Assembly: GCA_964016885.1 (NCBI GenBank)
Contig: OZ024742.1
Span: 103,416,001-103,480,000 of the forward strand
Length of the DNA: 64,000 nt
Direction: 5' to 3'
From: Eledone cirrhosa
Lineage: Eukaryota
A program made the position numbers and the translations under genes. Positions 47,279 to 59,258 of this stretch are shown here, piece after piece. The number at the start of each line of letters is the position of its first letter. Position 1 is the first letter of the stretch. A model generated the notes under the pieces. It did no database searches, was not told where the DNA came from, and saw only the letters and a program-made list of their open reading frames with translations.

Positions 47279-47495
47279 AAGATGTAAATATCGATCGCTC
47301 TTCGACAGGTTTGCAGTCGAGCCCTTAGCAGTGGAGACTTCTGGTATTCTTGGCCCTAGGGCTACCCCCCCTACTTACCACCATAGGGCATGAGCTGGCC
47401 AGCCGCAGGTGTGAGCCTCGCGAGATGGAATGGCTCTTCCAGCGCATCTTCCTTACCATCCTCAGGAAAAACGCCTTTTCCATTCTGTCCGCCAG
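47279..47495 (+). mobile_element. CRE-like restriction-like endonuclease C-terminal fragment
   Basis: KRCKYRSL...PLAVETSGILG...LFQRIFLTILRKNA matches the K..KY / P..VET.G / QR.S..QRGNA pattern. Confidence 0.65.
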
Positions 47496-48539
47496 GATCG
47501 TGGGGCGGCCAGCACGTGGGACCCCATTTGCTCATAATACAGAGATGGAGGAGGGCGAGAAATATGGAGGCGATGACAGTGGGAGTTCGGCTCTTCTTTG
47601 TTCGGACCTTGTGTGCAGCGCCAGTTGTCCATAGGGAGGTAGTGATTCATATATATTGACGCATAGAGTTACGGCCCTTGGCATTCTGAGTTCAAATCCC
47701 GCCGAGGTTAACGTTGCCTTTTATCCTTACGGGGTCGATAAAATAAAGTACCAGTAACACACTGGGTAATTGCTGGCCTTGTGCCAACAGTAGAAACAAT
47801 TATATTGTATTAAACGTTTGTTTCATATGCATGTATATGTGAGAGAAAAATTGTATATTCTTAACATCATCAACAACACTGGCAACAGCGCATGCGTGTT
47901 AGTGTTGGGAAATATAGCCGATGTATGTTATTATGTGTCGGATAGAGAAGTTAGAATTGGCTGTATCCGTGGAGGGTCGGACGCCATACTTTCCAGCATA
48001 GTTACGTCCCCTTACGGTCTGAGTTCAAATCCTGTCGAGGTTAACTTTGCTTTTCATCCTTACGGGGTCGATAAAATAAAGTACCAGTAATGTACTGAGT
48101 AATTGCTGGCCTTGTACCAAAAGTAGAAACAGTTATTAGGTGTACCATATTGATTTACATACTTTCTTAATATTTTTTCATTTTCCACACTTACATAATT
48201 GTTTCTACAGGCCAGCATTTTGGGGGAGGGAAAAGTCGATTAAATCGACCCAGTGCATTATTGGTGCTTTATTTTATCGGCGGCATTTCAACTCAGAACA
48301 CAAAGGGCCGTAACTCTCTGCCACAAAGCAGGGTGTCCGACGATGGTACAACTTCAATACTAATCAACTCCACAGCTTGACAAATAGTAACATCTCGAGA
48401 TTACATACTAACACATAATACCATACACCTACTATATTGCACACACTAACACAAGTACACCAACTTTGACATTTAAATTTACATCTTTAAGAATTGCAGG
48501 AGCTGGTGCAGTAACGCACCAGCTTCAGCATTCTGTAAT

Positions 48540-49040
48540 CAGAAATAGGGGGTAGGCGTAAAAGCCAAACTCGCTATCTTCAATTCGGTATTCGTGCCAG
48601 CCTTTACTTTTGGCCACGAATCTTGGGTAATGACCGGAAGCATAGGATCGTGAATGCAAGCGACCTAGGTGGGGTTTCCCGCGAGGGGTGTTTTGAGTAA
48701 CGTTACTCGATAGAGTGCATAGCTTGAAGATCAGAGAGTCATTCCAGTTAGAGCCGCTACTTCTCCGAATTGGGAGATCACAGCTCCGGTACTATGGGCA
48801 TGTGGTTAGAAGGTCTCAGGAAAGAATAGCTGGACAGATTTTACGAGCGAAACCAACTGGCAGGAGACCCAGAGGTAGACCCCGAGCAAGATGGTTGGAT
48901 AACATCCATAAGCTTGGCTAGTCTCGCTTGGGGATCCAGCCGGATCAGTTGGAGATGGTTGCTTCTGACAAGACCCACTGAAAGGTATGTATGAGGACTC
49001 TGCCCCCACGACCCTATCAGAAAGAAGTGGAAGAAGAAAA
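48540..49040 (+). mobile_element. Degenerate RTE (Expander-like) LINE 3' fragment; similar minus-strand copy at about 54330-54680
   Basis: GHESWVMT...EPLLLRIGRSQLRYYGHVVR...GRRPRGRPRARW. Confidence 0.8.
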
Positions 49041-49741
49041 AGAGAGTTATTTCCCTTCCTTGTACTACCTTTTCATAAGGAAGCGTTTAACATGCTATAT
49101 TTTTAAAGGTTTCTTCAAACGGGCCTGAAGAATAAGTCACAAATTTGATCCCTCTTACAACCTGGGGTTATGGTCAAAAGTGGGCTTCGAAACCTTAGGT
49201 AGCGCTTGATTTCACATACACTCTGTTACCATCTCTTTTCCATAGCGGTTTGTTATAGCTCTCTCTCCCTCTATTTATCTCTTACGTTCGTTCACATGAT
49301 GTTACGATGTTATTTCATGCTCGCTGTCCGTCTCTCAAAATATCATAATCAAAACGTTTAGAATTAATCTGATTTTGAAAACCCTTTTCCCACTTTAAAG
49401 TCAAAAGTTTCATTTTGAAAGCTTTAATCTCACTTTGAACTGATGTTTCCTCAATTAGAGTTACAAATACTATAGTGACAGATAAAGAGAAAGGGAGAGA
49501 GAACGAGAAAGCACGCCAAATGAACGTTACTATAGAAATTATTATGGCAGCACTTTACGTTCTAGGTTCAAATCCAGCCGAAATTAAATGTGCCTTTCAT
49601 CCTTACGCGGTCGTTAAAATGTAGTACCAGTAATGCACTGGTGTAATTGCTGGTCTTGTGCCAAAAGTAGAAACAATTATCATGGTCAGTATTTATAATG
49701 CTTACAACTAACGGGAGAATATATATATATGTTGCCATAGC

Positions 49742-49775
<34 letters not shown>

Positions 49776-49782
49776 AATATAT

Positions 49783-50058
49783 GGCATACGTCAAAACGGC
49801 CGGTCGCGAAAGTGAAACTAATTTTTGACAGTTACGTACGTCATTATTTTAATTTTGGATTGTGAAATTGTTTGTTTTTTATGCCTATATATATATATAT
49901 GCATACATACATACATATATGTATACATATGCGTATATATATATACATACACACATATATATGTATATACACACAATATATATGTATGTATATACAGACA
50001 TATATATATATATATGAAATACTGTTGGCTTCACGCTCACAATTATTTCTATACTTTC

Positions 50059-50104
<46 letters not shown>

Positions 50105-50267
50105 ATATATATTGTAAAAAACAATATATATGTATGTATGTATGTATGCATATATATATATATAGGCATAAAAAACAAACAATTTCACAATCCAAAATTA
50201 AAATAATGACGTACGTAACTGTCAAAAATTAGTTTCACTTTTACGACCGGCCGTTTTGACGTATGCC
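49783..50267. mobile_element. Non-autonomous Merlin-family MITE with about 110-bp TIRs
   Basis: TIR GGCATACGTCAAAACGGCCGGTCG; perfect 9-bp TSD TAAATATAT; TIR related to 51367-51967. Confidence 0.85.
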
Positions 50268-50283
50268 TAAATATATAATATAC

Positions 50284-50297
50284 GTTGCCATAGCAAC
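50284..50297. promoter_or_regulatory. Near-perfect RFX X-box upstream of TMEM53
   Basis: GTTGCCATAGCAAC; a weaker copy GTTGCCATAGCCAC at 49731-49744. Confidence 0.6.
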
Positions 50298-50811
50298 AAC
50301 AAAAACTGAGAATGACAAGAAAGAAATCCTTCCATTACTAAACTGGGTAATAGGTTGATCGAATCAGGCATATTGTTATATATTTCTGGTCTGAGCGGAC
50401 GACTGACAGGTTAATAATCTATTGTCGTTATCTTTGCCTTTGTTAATTGTTACCGACACCTTCACAAATTAACTCTTTTGTTGCTTGTTTCGATTAATAT
50501 ATTCCTAGTTTATTGTCACAGCGACCTTGTCTGTCGACACAGGATTTATTTGTAGCTTGATTGTGTCAGAGAAAATTATCTCCGTAGAATATTTCTGTGC
50601 ATAATCTGTATACATGTACTCTATATTATATATGTATGATATTTCAAAAACTTTACTCTTCGTAATATTTACACGCCTTTACTGAAGTAACCAACGCGCA
50701 CGCGTGTATACGGTGTTCGTATAAAGAGATACAGAAAATTCATTCGCTAATACATTATAGAAATTACTTAGTACACCGACACACTCTGTATATATACAGT
50801 ATAACAGTAAC

Positions 50812-51002
50812 ATGGATGACGACTTTGAATACCATCTGAAGCTGCCATCGTCTTCAGCCAGTGATGCGAGTGAACACTCTGAATCGGACCTAAATCCATT
50901 AACGATAAACTACAATAAAGAACCTGTTGTGATCCTTCTTGGTTGGATGGGCTGTAATTATAAATATTTAGCCAAATACAGTAAAATTTACGAAGAGAAA
51001 GG
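50812..51002 (+). CDS. TMEM53: TMEM53 (DUF829 family) coding exon 1
   Basis: PVVILLGWMGC..KYLAKYS.IY..KG hallmark; GTAGGT donor, phase 2. Confidence 0.92.
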
Positions 51003-51366
51003 GTAGGTAAAACATGAAACATTAGCTATAGATGGGTGATTTGTTATGTGTGTGTATATGCCGGCAAACTTTATGGCTTGGCGGACCCGTCGGCAATTTA
51101 AGGAGCACTGGAGGGCACACCTCCTTATATTTATTGATATACTTATTCAGAAACTTCGCTTTAGAATTACTGCTAATTGAGTGCCTACCCCAAATTTTCT
51201 GAAACCTTTCTTAGTATCAAAGCTGGTTACAAAGGTTAAGTTACAAAATGTTAAAAACAGTTTTACTTTCTTGTGTGAGTGACAAATGAATTTGTTTTTA
51301 ATTACATTAACTTTTTTTTTAAAAACAGAAGTTTCCATTTATTATGCAATAATCATTTTATTTCAT

Positions 51367-51967
51367 GGCATACGTCAAGACGGGCGGTCTCAAAAGTGAA
51401 AGTAAATTTATTTTCATTTTCGAACGTCGTGTTTACATTTTGTCTGTGTGTGTTTAGATCTAAATTAGTTACTGAGACTAAAGACAGAATCAGAGCCTCT
51501 GTCGTTTTAACTGATTATATATATATGTATATGTGTGTAGTTGACGGTTGAGAGAAGAGTACTCAATACCGAAGTAATCTTGTAATGGGGCTTGCAGAAT
51601 GGTGAGTCCGCCATTCTAGACGCTGCTGCCTTGTATAAGTCCCAAATCGAAGCTCTGACACTCTCGTCCCCATCATTCAGCAGGGATTTTGCCAGGCAGC
51701 CGCATCATCTCCGATGGTTGGGCTTCCTATTCGGAAATTGAAGGTGGGATTTACGTTCATGATGTTGTGGTGCACGAACGGAACTTTGTAGATCCTGCGG
51801 ACCTTGATGTGCACACACAGCTCATAAAGAACACATGGAGCCGTGCAAAGAAGAAGCTTCGTCGCCAGCATGTTTCGTTTGAACACACACACAAAATGTA
51901 AACACGACGTTCGAAAATGAAAATAAATTTACTTTCACTTTTGAGACCGCCCGTCTTGACGTATGCC
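51367..51967 (+). mobile_element. Internally deleted Merlin (IS1595/ISXO2-like) DNA transposon
   Basis: About 75-bp TIRs GGCATACGTCAAGACGGGCGGTCTC; 9-bp TSD TTATTTCAT; PGSRIISDGWASY...H..VVH..NFVDP...VHTQLIKNTW transposase remnant. Confidence 0.9.
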
Positions 51968-52079
51968 TTATTTCATTTTATAAATACCAGGACTTATCAA
52001 ACAATTATTTTTTCCAGCCTGTGACGTTCGAGACGTTTGGTGGAGTTGGGCCGCTGACAACGAAGTTCTTATCTTCACT

Positions 52080-52221
52080 GGCAGCTCGCCTTACTGAGGT
52101 GTCAGATGATGCCTGTGAGGGTGCTTGGTTATTTCAGCGCCTTAGCCTCGGCAGCTCGCCTTACTGAGGTGTCAGATGATGCCTGTGAGGGTGCTTGGTT
52201 ATTTCAGCGCCTTAGCCTCGC
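52080..52221. repeat. About 70-bp direct tandem duplication inside a possible solo-LTR-like segment (about 52020-52490)
   Basis: GGCAGCTCGCCTTACTGAGG...CCTTAGCCTC occurs twice. Confidence 0.75.
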
Positions 52222-53177
52222 CATCACCCATGGTAATGCTGCGTTGGCTTGCCTGAAAGTGTACAATTAACCCCCAAGGTGTGAGGTGTTGCCGATTGTC
52301 GCACTTGGTGGTGACCCGCCCCCTTTTTTTTCTCTTCTTTCTTTCCTTTGTCATGATTTTATATTTTTGTGTCATTATACACGGTTTTGACATACACATG
52401 TAATTTGTTTGTGCTTTTGTTCTGTAGGCATTGTATTATTATATTTCTTTTTACACAACTGTGAATAAACAACTTGTTATATACTCGTTCAGGGATATAT
52501 ATATATAAAAAGTGCGCTGGGGATTTCCTCTTAATTTTTGAGGCAAGCCAACTTGCAGTTCAGTAAATAGAAATATGATACCCCCCCCCTCCCCATTTTA
52601 AACTATACTCTTGGCACGAGTCAACTGCCTGAAAGTTTCGAAACCAAAACTTAATGTCTGCCCTTAATATATGTTTATGATGTTCAATTTCTCTATCAAA
52701 TATTTAGTTATGAAGACCTAATTTTTATAAATTAAAATGCATAAATTCCGACTCTATTCCCTTATTAATCATGTCTTCCCACCTCTCATTTGTGCTCTTA
52801 TTCCGAATATCATCTAAAAACATTCTAGGTGTCAATGAGATATTTTTAGTTTTGGTAATTATTTTTAATTTCGAATGCGATGCTGAAACGTTGGTATTAT
52901 TAGGCGCAAGGCCAGCAATTACTCCAGTTCATTACTGGTGCTTTATGCAATGGGATAATTGCTGGCCTTGTGCCCAAAGTAGAAACAATTATTATAGAAA
53001 GACACAAGGCGGTGGATTAGCAGAATCGGTAGAGCGTCGGACACCCTGCTTCGCGGCATAGAATTACGGCACTTTACATTCTGAATTCGAATCCCGCCGA
53101 GGTTAGCTTTGTTTTTCATCCTTACGGGGTCGATAAAATTGCCTATAATAGAAATCATTATTATAGAAAGATACCCC

Positions 53178-53485
53178 CACCGATTTCAGTGTGAATTTTG
53201 TTTTCAGTTTTTCCGTGTACTATCTCTTAAACTTACGTCCTAATATGGTCCTAAGGACTTTTTTTCCTCGGAAAGGAGAAGGGGACTGTCAAACTTTTCC
53301 GAGGTCCCCCCTTACTCAGTTTTCCGTGGAAAATAATCCTTTATGTCCAAGGGAAAAATGAAAAGAGGAGAAAACTGCAGAGTACGAAGCAGAGAAAAAG
53401 TCATTAGGACCATATCAGGAGGTAAGATTATTTGCTAGCACACGAAAAAGATGAAAACAAATTTATTTCCCATTGAAATAGGTGG
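53178..53485. mobile_element. Old MITE with about 90-bp imperfect TIRs
   Basis: CCACCGATTTCA...ATATGGTCCTAAGGACTTTTT is mirrored by AAAAAGTCATTAGGACCATAT...TGAAATAGGTGG. Confidence 0.6.
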
Positions 53486-56400
53486 TGCCTTCCATGTCAT
53501 CTTAAAATTAAGTTGAATTTATTTATATATTTTTATGTTTATAATATCTTTTTTTGCACGAGTGAGGCAGGGATCAGGATAGTAATTGTACTGTAACAGC
53601 TGGAGTAGTAATTGATCACAAGCAGCCCCAATATCTCATCAAAACAGTTCTTTTTGGGAAGAGTGACTTTTATTCTTTTCCGTCACTGCCATTCATCCAT
53701 TAAAAGACCTTTAAACTTAGTTCATCATCATCATCATCGATTAAACATCTATCTTCCATGCTAGCATGAGTTAGATGGGTTTGACCTAATTAGAGGCAAG
53801 TTGGTTTGGTGACCATGTCTTGCTCATATAGGAGAGTTTCTGGCTGGTTTTCTACGGGATGCCTTTCCTAACGCCAACCACATTGACAGTGTGTGTTGGG
53901 TGCTTTTTGCCATTTCTTTTACAGTGTGGGCTGAGTGTTTTGGGGTTGGTTTTCTATGGCTGGATACCCTTCCTAATGCCAACCATATTTACAGTGTGTA
54001 CTGGGTACTTTTTGTCGTGACACCTACGCAATCAAAGAACCCAAATAGTTTTATCACAATATAGTGCTGGGGCTTGTCATCAAGTATGTGTATGGGGCAC
54101 TGGATGGCACTACTCCTTTACCCTTCAATGGTGCACCTTCAGATTTAAGTATCTGATTTAGGATAGGTACACTGTATCCCTGCATATCAGAAAAAGCAAT
54201 TAAAAGATTTGGTCTCAGGAAAGGCATCTGGCTATAAAACATTGCCTCAAAAAGTTCCATCAAATCCATACCAGCATGGAAAAGTCAATGTAAAAATGAT
54301 GATGATAATGCTTATTCTGAAACACTTCTTTGCCCACTTATTTCTGGGAGGATCATGTGGGCAGAATCCTCAAGCTCACCTTCCAGTGGGACCTGTCAGA
54401 AGCACCCATCTCCAGTTGATCTAGCTTGATCCCCAAGCAAGACCAACAGAGTTCATGGATGTTGTTGTTTGGGATCTACCCCTGGGTTTCCTGCCGGTTG
54501 GTTTTAGCTCATAAAATCTGTCTACCGATTATTTCTTTAGACATTCTAAAATTATGTCCATAGTAACAGAGCTGTGATCTCTCCATTTTGAGAAGTAGTG
54601 GCTTTACCTTGAATGATTCTCTGGTCTCCGAAACTCTTACAATTATTGTGAGTTAGTGTATCCACCGAGAATGTTTTGAAGTCCCCAAAGCAACAGGCCT
54701 GTGTTGTGCATTTCCCCAACTATCCATCATGTTTCTATTTACCTATAGGTAATTTTGCAGAAAGAAAGTGATCTGAGAAAGAAAAAGTAGAAAAAGAAAA
54801 CAAAAATTAGAAAACATGATACACTCAATTACAAGCCACAGCAAGAGATGCTGAAGTTTCTCTCTAATAATGTTTGGAGAAAGCCAACATATACACGGCA
54901 ATGCCACAGATAATAGCATGGCTAAGATGCTGGAATAACCAAGCACCCTCACGAGCATCACCTGATATGTCAGTAAGGTGAGCCACCAACAATGACAAAA
55001 CCCTATTGCCAGTGGCCCAGTACCCCCCAAATATCTCAAACACCTATAGGTGGTAGTTGTCACAACAAAGGTGGACCAGGTGAACTTAGTTGGGGTATGA
55101 CGGCTGCTGATTTTGATTTTAGCTAGAGGTCCCACCATTTTATTTGCACCATTTCACTTGATAAAATGCCAGTTCTCCTATCAATAAATATATAGATATA
55201 TTTTCATAGCTGTATTTAACCAGGTTTTTAGAATAGATACACCATATCTGTGAATGTTGTAAGAGGCAACTAAAAGGGTTGGCATCAGGCTGTAAAACAT
55301 AATCTCAAAACATCCCTTCCAACCCATGCTTGCATGGAAAAGTGGATATAAAAACAATGATGATAGCCTTCTGCTAGTGAAACTCTTATCATAGCCAATA
55401 CATTAGACCTGAATTCAAATCTATTTGAGAAAGGCTCTACTTTTTATATAATTTATTTGCTATCATTTGGAATTGTCAAATGGGTAAAACTGAGAACTCA
55501 TGGCTATTCTTTTGCTGTAAACATTGTGATTTAAACCACGGTTACTTTCCTACATTAGTTTGTCACATTTTTATCTGTATTTTATTGTAGAAGTTTTCCT
55601 GCCTTGCATCAATATGTACATTTTTCATCTTGTTTCTCAGTTCAGTGGGTCAAAGAGACTCTATCTGCTCCATCGTTGCTTTGTCCAGAATCCATTATGT
55701 TTTTATCCTGAATAGCTCTTTCCTTAGAGACTATTAATGCCCTGGGAATACAGTAATATATTTTAAAGCATCTGAAACTACAAAGACACCAAGCTGATGA
55801 GTAGGAATTTTCCATGCGCCCATCGCCTCCATGTTTTCTGTGTCTCTCATTTGTCCCATATATTAATTTTTGACTTATGGCTAGGATTCGGTTGAATGGC
55901 TGGATGTGTTCTATTAATCTAGTACTTCAGATGCATCACGTATCCATCACTTAATGGATGTTCACTATATGAAGTATAGTGTGGCAGTTTGGGTTTATTG
56001 AATCTTCTACACTTTCCAGTCTCTTTCTGTGTTCTTTGTTTAATCCTTTAGCATTTACATTACTCTATATATACTATTATATTTTCATTGTAAAGGTTTT
56101 ATCTCACATAATATAGAATCTATGAGATTTTGATATTATTTATTTTAAGAACAATACCTTAATATCAGTATGAGCAGCTGGTTTGAACAGAAAGAGGTGT
56201 GAGAATTCTGGCTTGATATGGCCGATTTAAATGCTAAAGGGTTAACCCTAAGACAACTTTGATGGTGCTGATTTGAAATCAAAACTCTTGTCACAATTTT
56301 TTTTTTCTTAGCACAGTGTATCCCAACTATATTATCCAATGTGTCCTTATTTTTTATGAGTGATTTGAAGGACATTTGATGAATATTTCTAGCAGAATGA

Positions 56401-57030
56401 GCGACCATGTAGAGTTTCCCTTGTTGGCTCATCTACATGTTTGTTGTGTAACCTCTGGTTAGCCCTGATACAGGAGATCTATGATCAAAGCCATTCCAAC
56501 TGTGACTATTTTCTTTTTTTTTTTTAGACATTTGCAGGATTATTGCATTGTCAAATATATCTTCGCTATCCTTAAAGAAGTACTCTGTGATATGAGTGGA
56601 TTTGTCTGCTATTTCTAACAGATTGAGTCACTACATAGAAGTTCCCTTGCTGAACCTTCCCCTGTATAATCTACAGGTTTATTAACTCTTTAGCATTTAA
56701 ACAAGCTGTATCTGGCCAGAATTCTCTCACCTCTTTCTGTTCAAACTGGCTGTAAGTGGCCACGCATACTAATGTTAAGGTATTGTTCTCAAAATAAATA
56801 ACATCAACATCTCATAGATTTTTATACAGCTAAACTAAATACATTTTCATATCTGAAATTTATTCCCAACTTTGTAAAATATTGCCTGATTTTAACATTA
56901 AAGATATTGTAATCGATACAAGATGATTTAGCCAAAATAGAAATGTAATTATTGTTTATCATACTGTTCCTAATTTTCTATTACTTAACTATATTTCCTT
57001 ATATCAACCTGGTGTTTTCATTAATTACAG

Positions 57031-57694
57031 GTGTGTCACCATTTGTTATATTGCTTCTACTTCCACGATTCTGTTTGGTCCAGGTAAAGCTAAAGAACAC
57101 GCCAGGAAAATCCTTCAACTTCTTATAGATTTCAGCTATGAAGATAACCCTATTCTCTTCCATATGTTCAGTAATGGAGGTTGTGTCATATATAAACACA
57201 TTTGTTCACTATTCACCACCAGCACAGAATTTAAACACCTGAAATTTTGTGGTTCTGTCTTTGACAGTAGTCCCGGCAAATTTAAACCAATCACTGGTGC
57301 TAAATCCATACTGATTATTTTACAACATTCGAATATTATCATCAGGTTGTTGACTGTTATCTTCGTATTTATATATCTACATTTTACTTTCTTAAAATAC
57401 AAAATTTCCAGTGCTGTTATGGAAAAAGAGTATGGGGATATCTATTTATTCTTGAAGACATTTAGATATTTGGTGCCTGAACTCTATTTATACTCTTCAA
57501 GTGATAAATTAATAAGCTTTGAAGATATTGATGAGTTGATAAAGTTCCGTGAAGAGGAACTTGGAGTTCAAATTTTTAAGCTTAAGTGGACAGATTCTCC
57601 TCACGTCAAACATTTTGTGTTACACAGAGAAGTCTATATTAACACTTGCTACACTTTCTTGGATACATGTTTGGAAAAGCTTGCTCAAGAATGA
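57031..57694 (+). CDS. TMEM53: TMEM53 coding exon 2 (to stop; spliced protein 284 aa)
   Basis: TTACAG acceptor in phase; PILFHMFSNGG, VFDSSPG, PELYLYSSSD, WTDSPHVKH motifs; one hydrophobic segment. Confidence 0.93.
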
Positions 57695-59105
57695 ACAGAC
57701 AGCAAGTTCAAAGTTTTTAGCCAAGGTATTTTCTATTTTTTATTATTTTTCATAATAAATTACTGTATACCTCGAATATAAGTCAGTCATAATAAATGGG
57801 CAAAAATCCAAACCCTGTTTATATGCCAAGGCAGCTAATCAACACATTTAGGTAGCATTGTTTTGAAATTCTCATGAGTATAAAATATATTTATGGAGTT
57901 TTAATATTTTGATGTTTAAAATGTTTTAAGTGTCAATTGTTTTTGTTTCACAACTCCATTACATAATGATTTTTTTACCATTTGATTTCATTTTATAAGA
58001 TACGAGTTTCTGAAATTTTTGTTTACTTCTGGCCATTCACATGCTGAGATTATTTTGAAAACAAGGGATTAAATAAGAGAACTTTGTAAAGAGATTCAAA
58101 GGCTAGAAGAGGGTGGGAGAGACAGCAAATGAGACTGAGGGAAGGCAGAGTGAGAAAAAAAAAAGGCAAGGCAAGGCCAGGAGAAAGGAGAGAGCAAAAG
58201 CAATAAAATACAAGTCAGAAGATAAAAAGAAAAAGTGTACTTAAGTCACAGAGTAAAACAGTTGGTGCACATATGCCTGTATGTGTGTGTATGCATGTGT
58301 GTGCGTATGCATGTATGTGTTTAGGATATTTATGTGTTAAAAAGTTTAAATTATAAAACCTTGTTGGAAATATTTTCAAGCTAATGCATAAATAACATTA
58401 ATTGTTTTTACTTTAGGCACAAGGCCAGGAATTACTCAGTGCATTACTGGTACTTTATTTTATCGATCTCGTAAGGATGAAAGGCAAAGTCAACCTCGGC
58501 GGGATTTGAACACAGATCGTAAAGGGACGTAACTATGCTGGAAAGCATGGCGTCCGACCCTCTACCGATACTGCCAATCCACCAACATTAACGACAATGA
58601 GTAAAGGTAGATAAACTGTTTCAGTGTAAAATAATTATTGTAGATTTTAAGCATGTAGAATTTGAAGTTGGTGAAAATCAGCAAAATATTAAACTCAAAT
58701 ATAAGTCTAGCCCCTATTTTACCTTCGATTATTTTTTTTTTAACACATATTTCTTGTCTTATATACAAGTATTTACGGTAATCATTCTTGCTTATTATAA
58801 GCTGGTGGCAAGGTCAAGTAAAAAAGAAAGAGCAGGTAAGCCAGTTGGCAATGAACTTGTGATTTTGTGTGATGTGGGGGTTGTCTTCCCCTGATTAGAG
58901 GCAAAGGCTAGATAGAGCCTTTTGTAAAGATTTCCCTTTTCATTTTATATAAATCCTTATAGTTTTTATTTTGTTTTGTTATTTGTAATTACATCATGTA
59001 CACTATATGCATGTGTGTATACCTGTAACCAATGCATAAATCATATATATAGCACTGACTACTAAGATACTTGAGCAGCTTGAAATGAGGCCAATGATTT
59101 GCAAT

Positions 59106-59258
59106 TGGCCTGGGTCTATTATCTGTAGAAATGTGGTCTACATTTTACATCTGGCCTGGGTCTATTATCTGTAGAAATGTGGTCTACATTTTACATCTGG
59201 CCTGGGTCTATTATCAGTTGAAATGGGGGTCTACATTTTACATCTGGCCTGGGTCTAT
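59106..59258. repeat. 46-bp tandem repeat, about 3.3 copies
   Basis: TGGCCTGGGTCTAT at 59106, 59152, 59198 and 59245. Confidence 0.9.

Larger units (their letters stand above)
47119..49207. mobile_element. Old TIR element (about 160-bp inverted ends 47119-47278 / 49044-49207) enclosing CRE-like, SINE and RTE fragments
   Basis: AAGCGCTACCTAAGGTTTC...GGGAAATAACTC is mirrored at the right end. Confidence 0.7.

Noticed and set aside
52020-52490. Solo LTR (TGTGACG start, AATAAA)
   Set aside because: No TSD or matching terminal inverted end, so only the internal duplication is reported.
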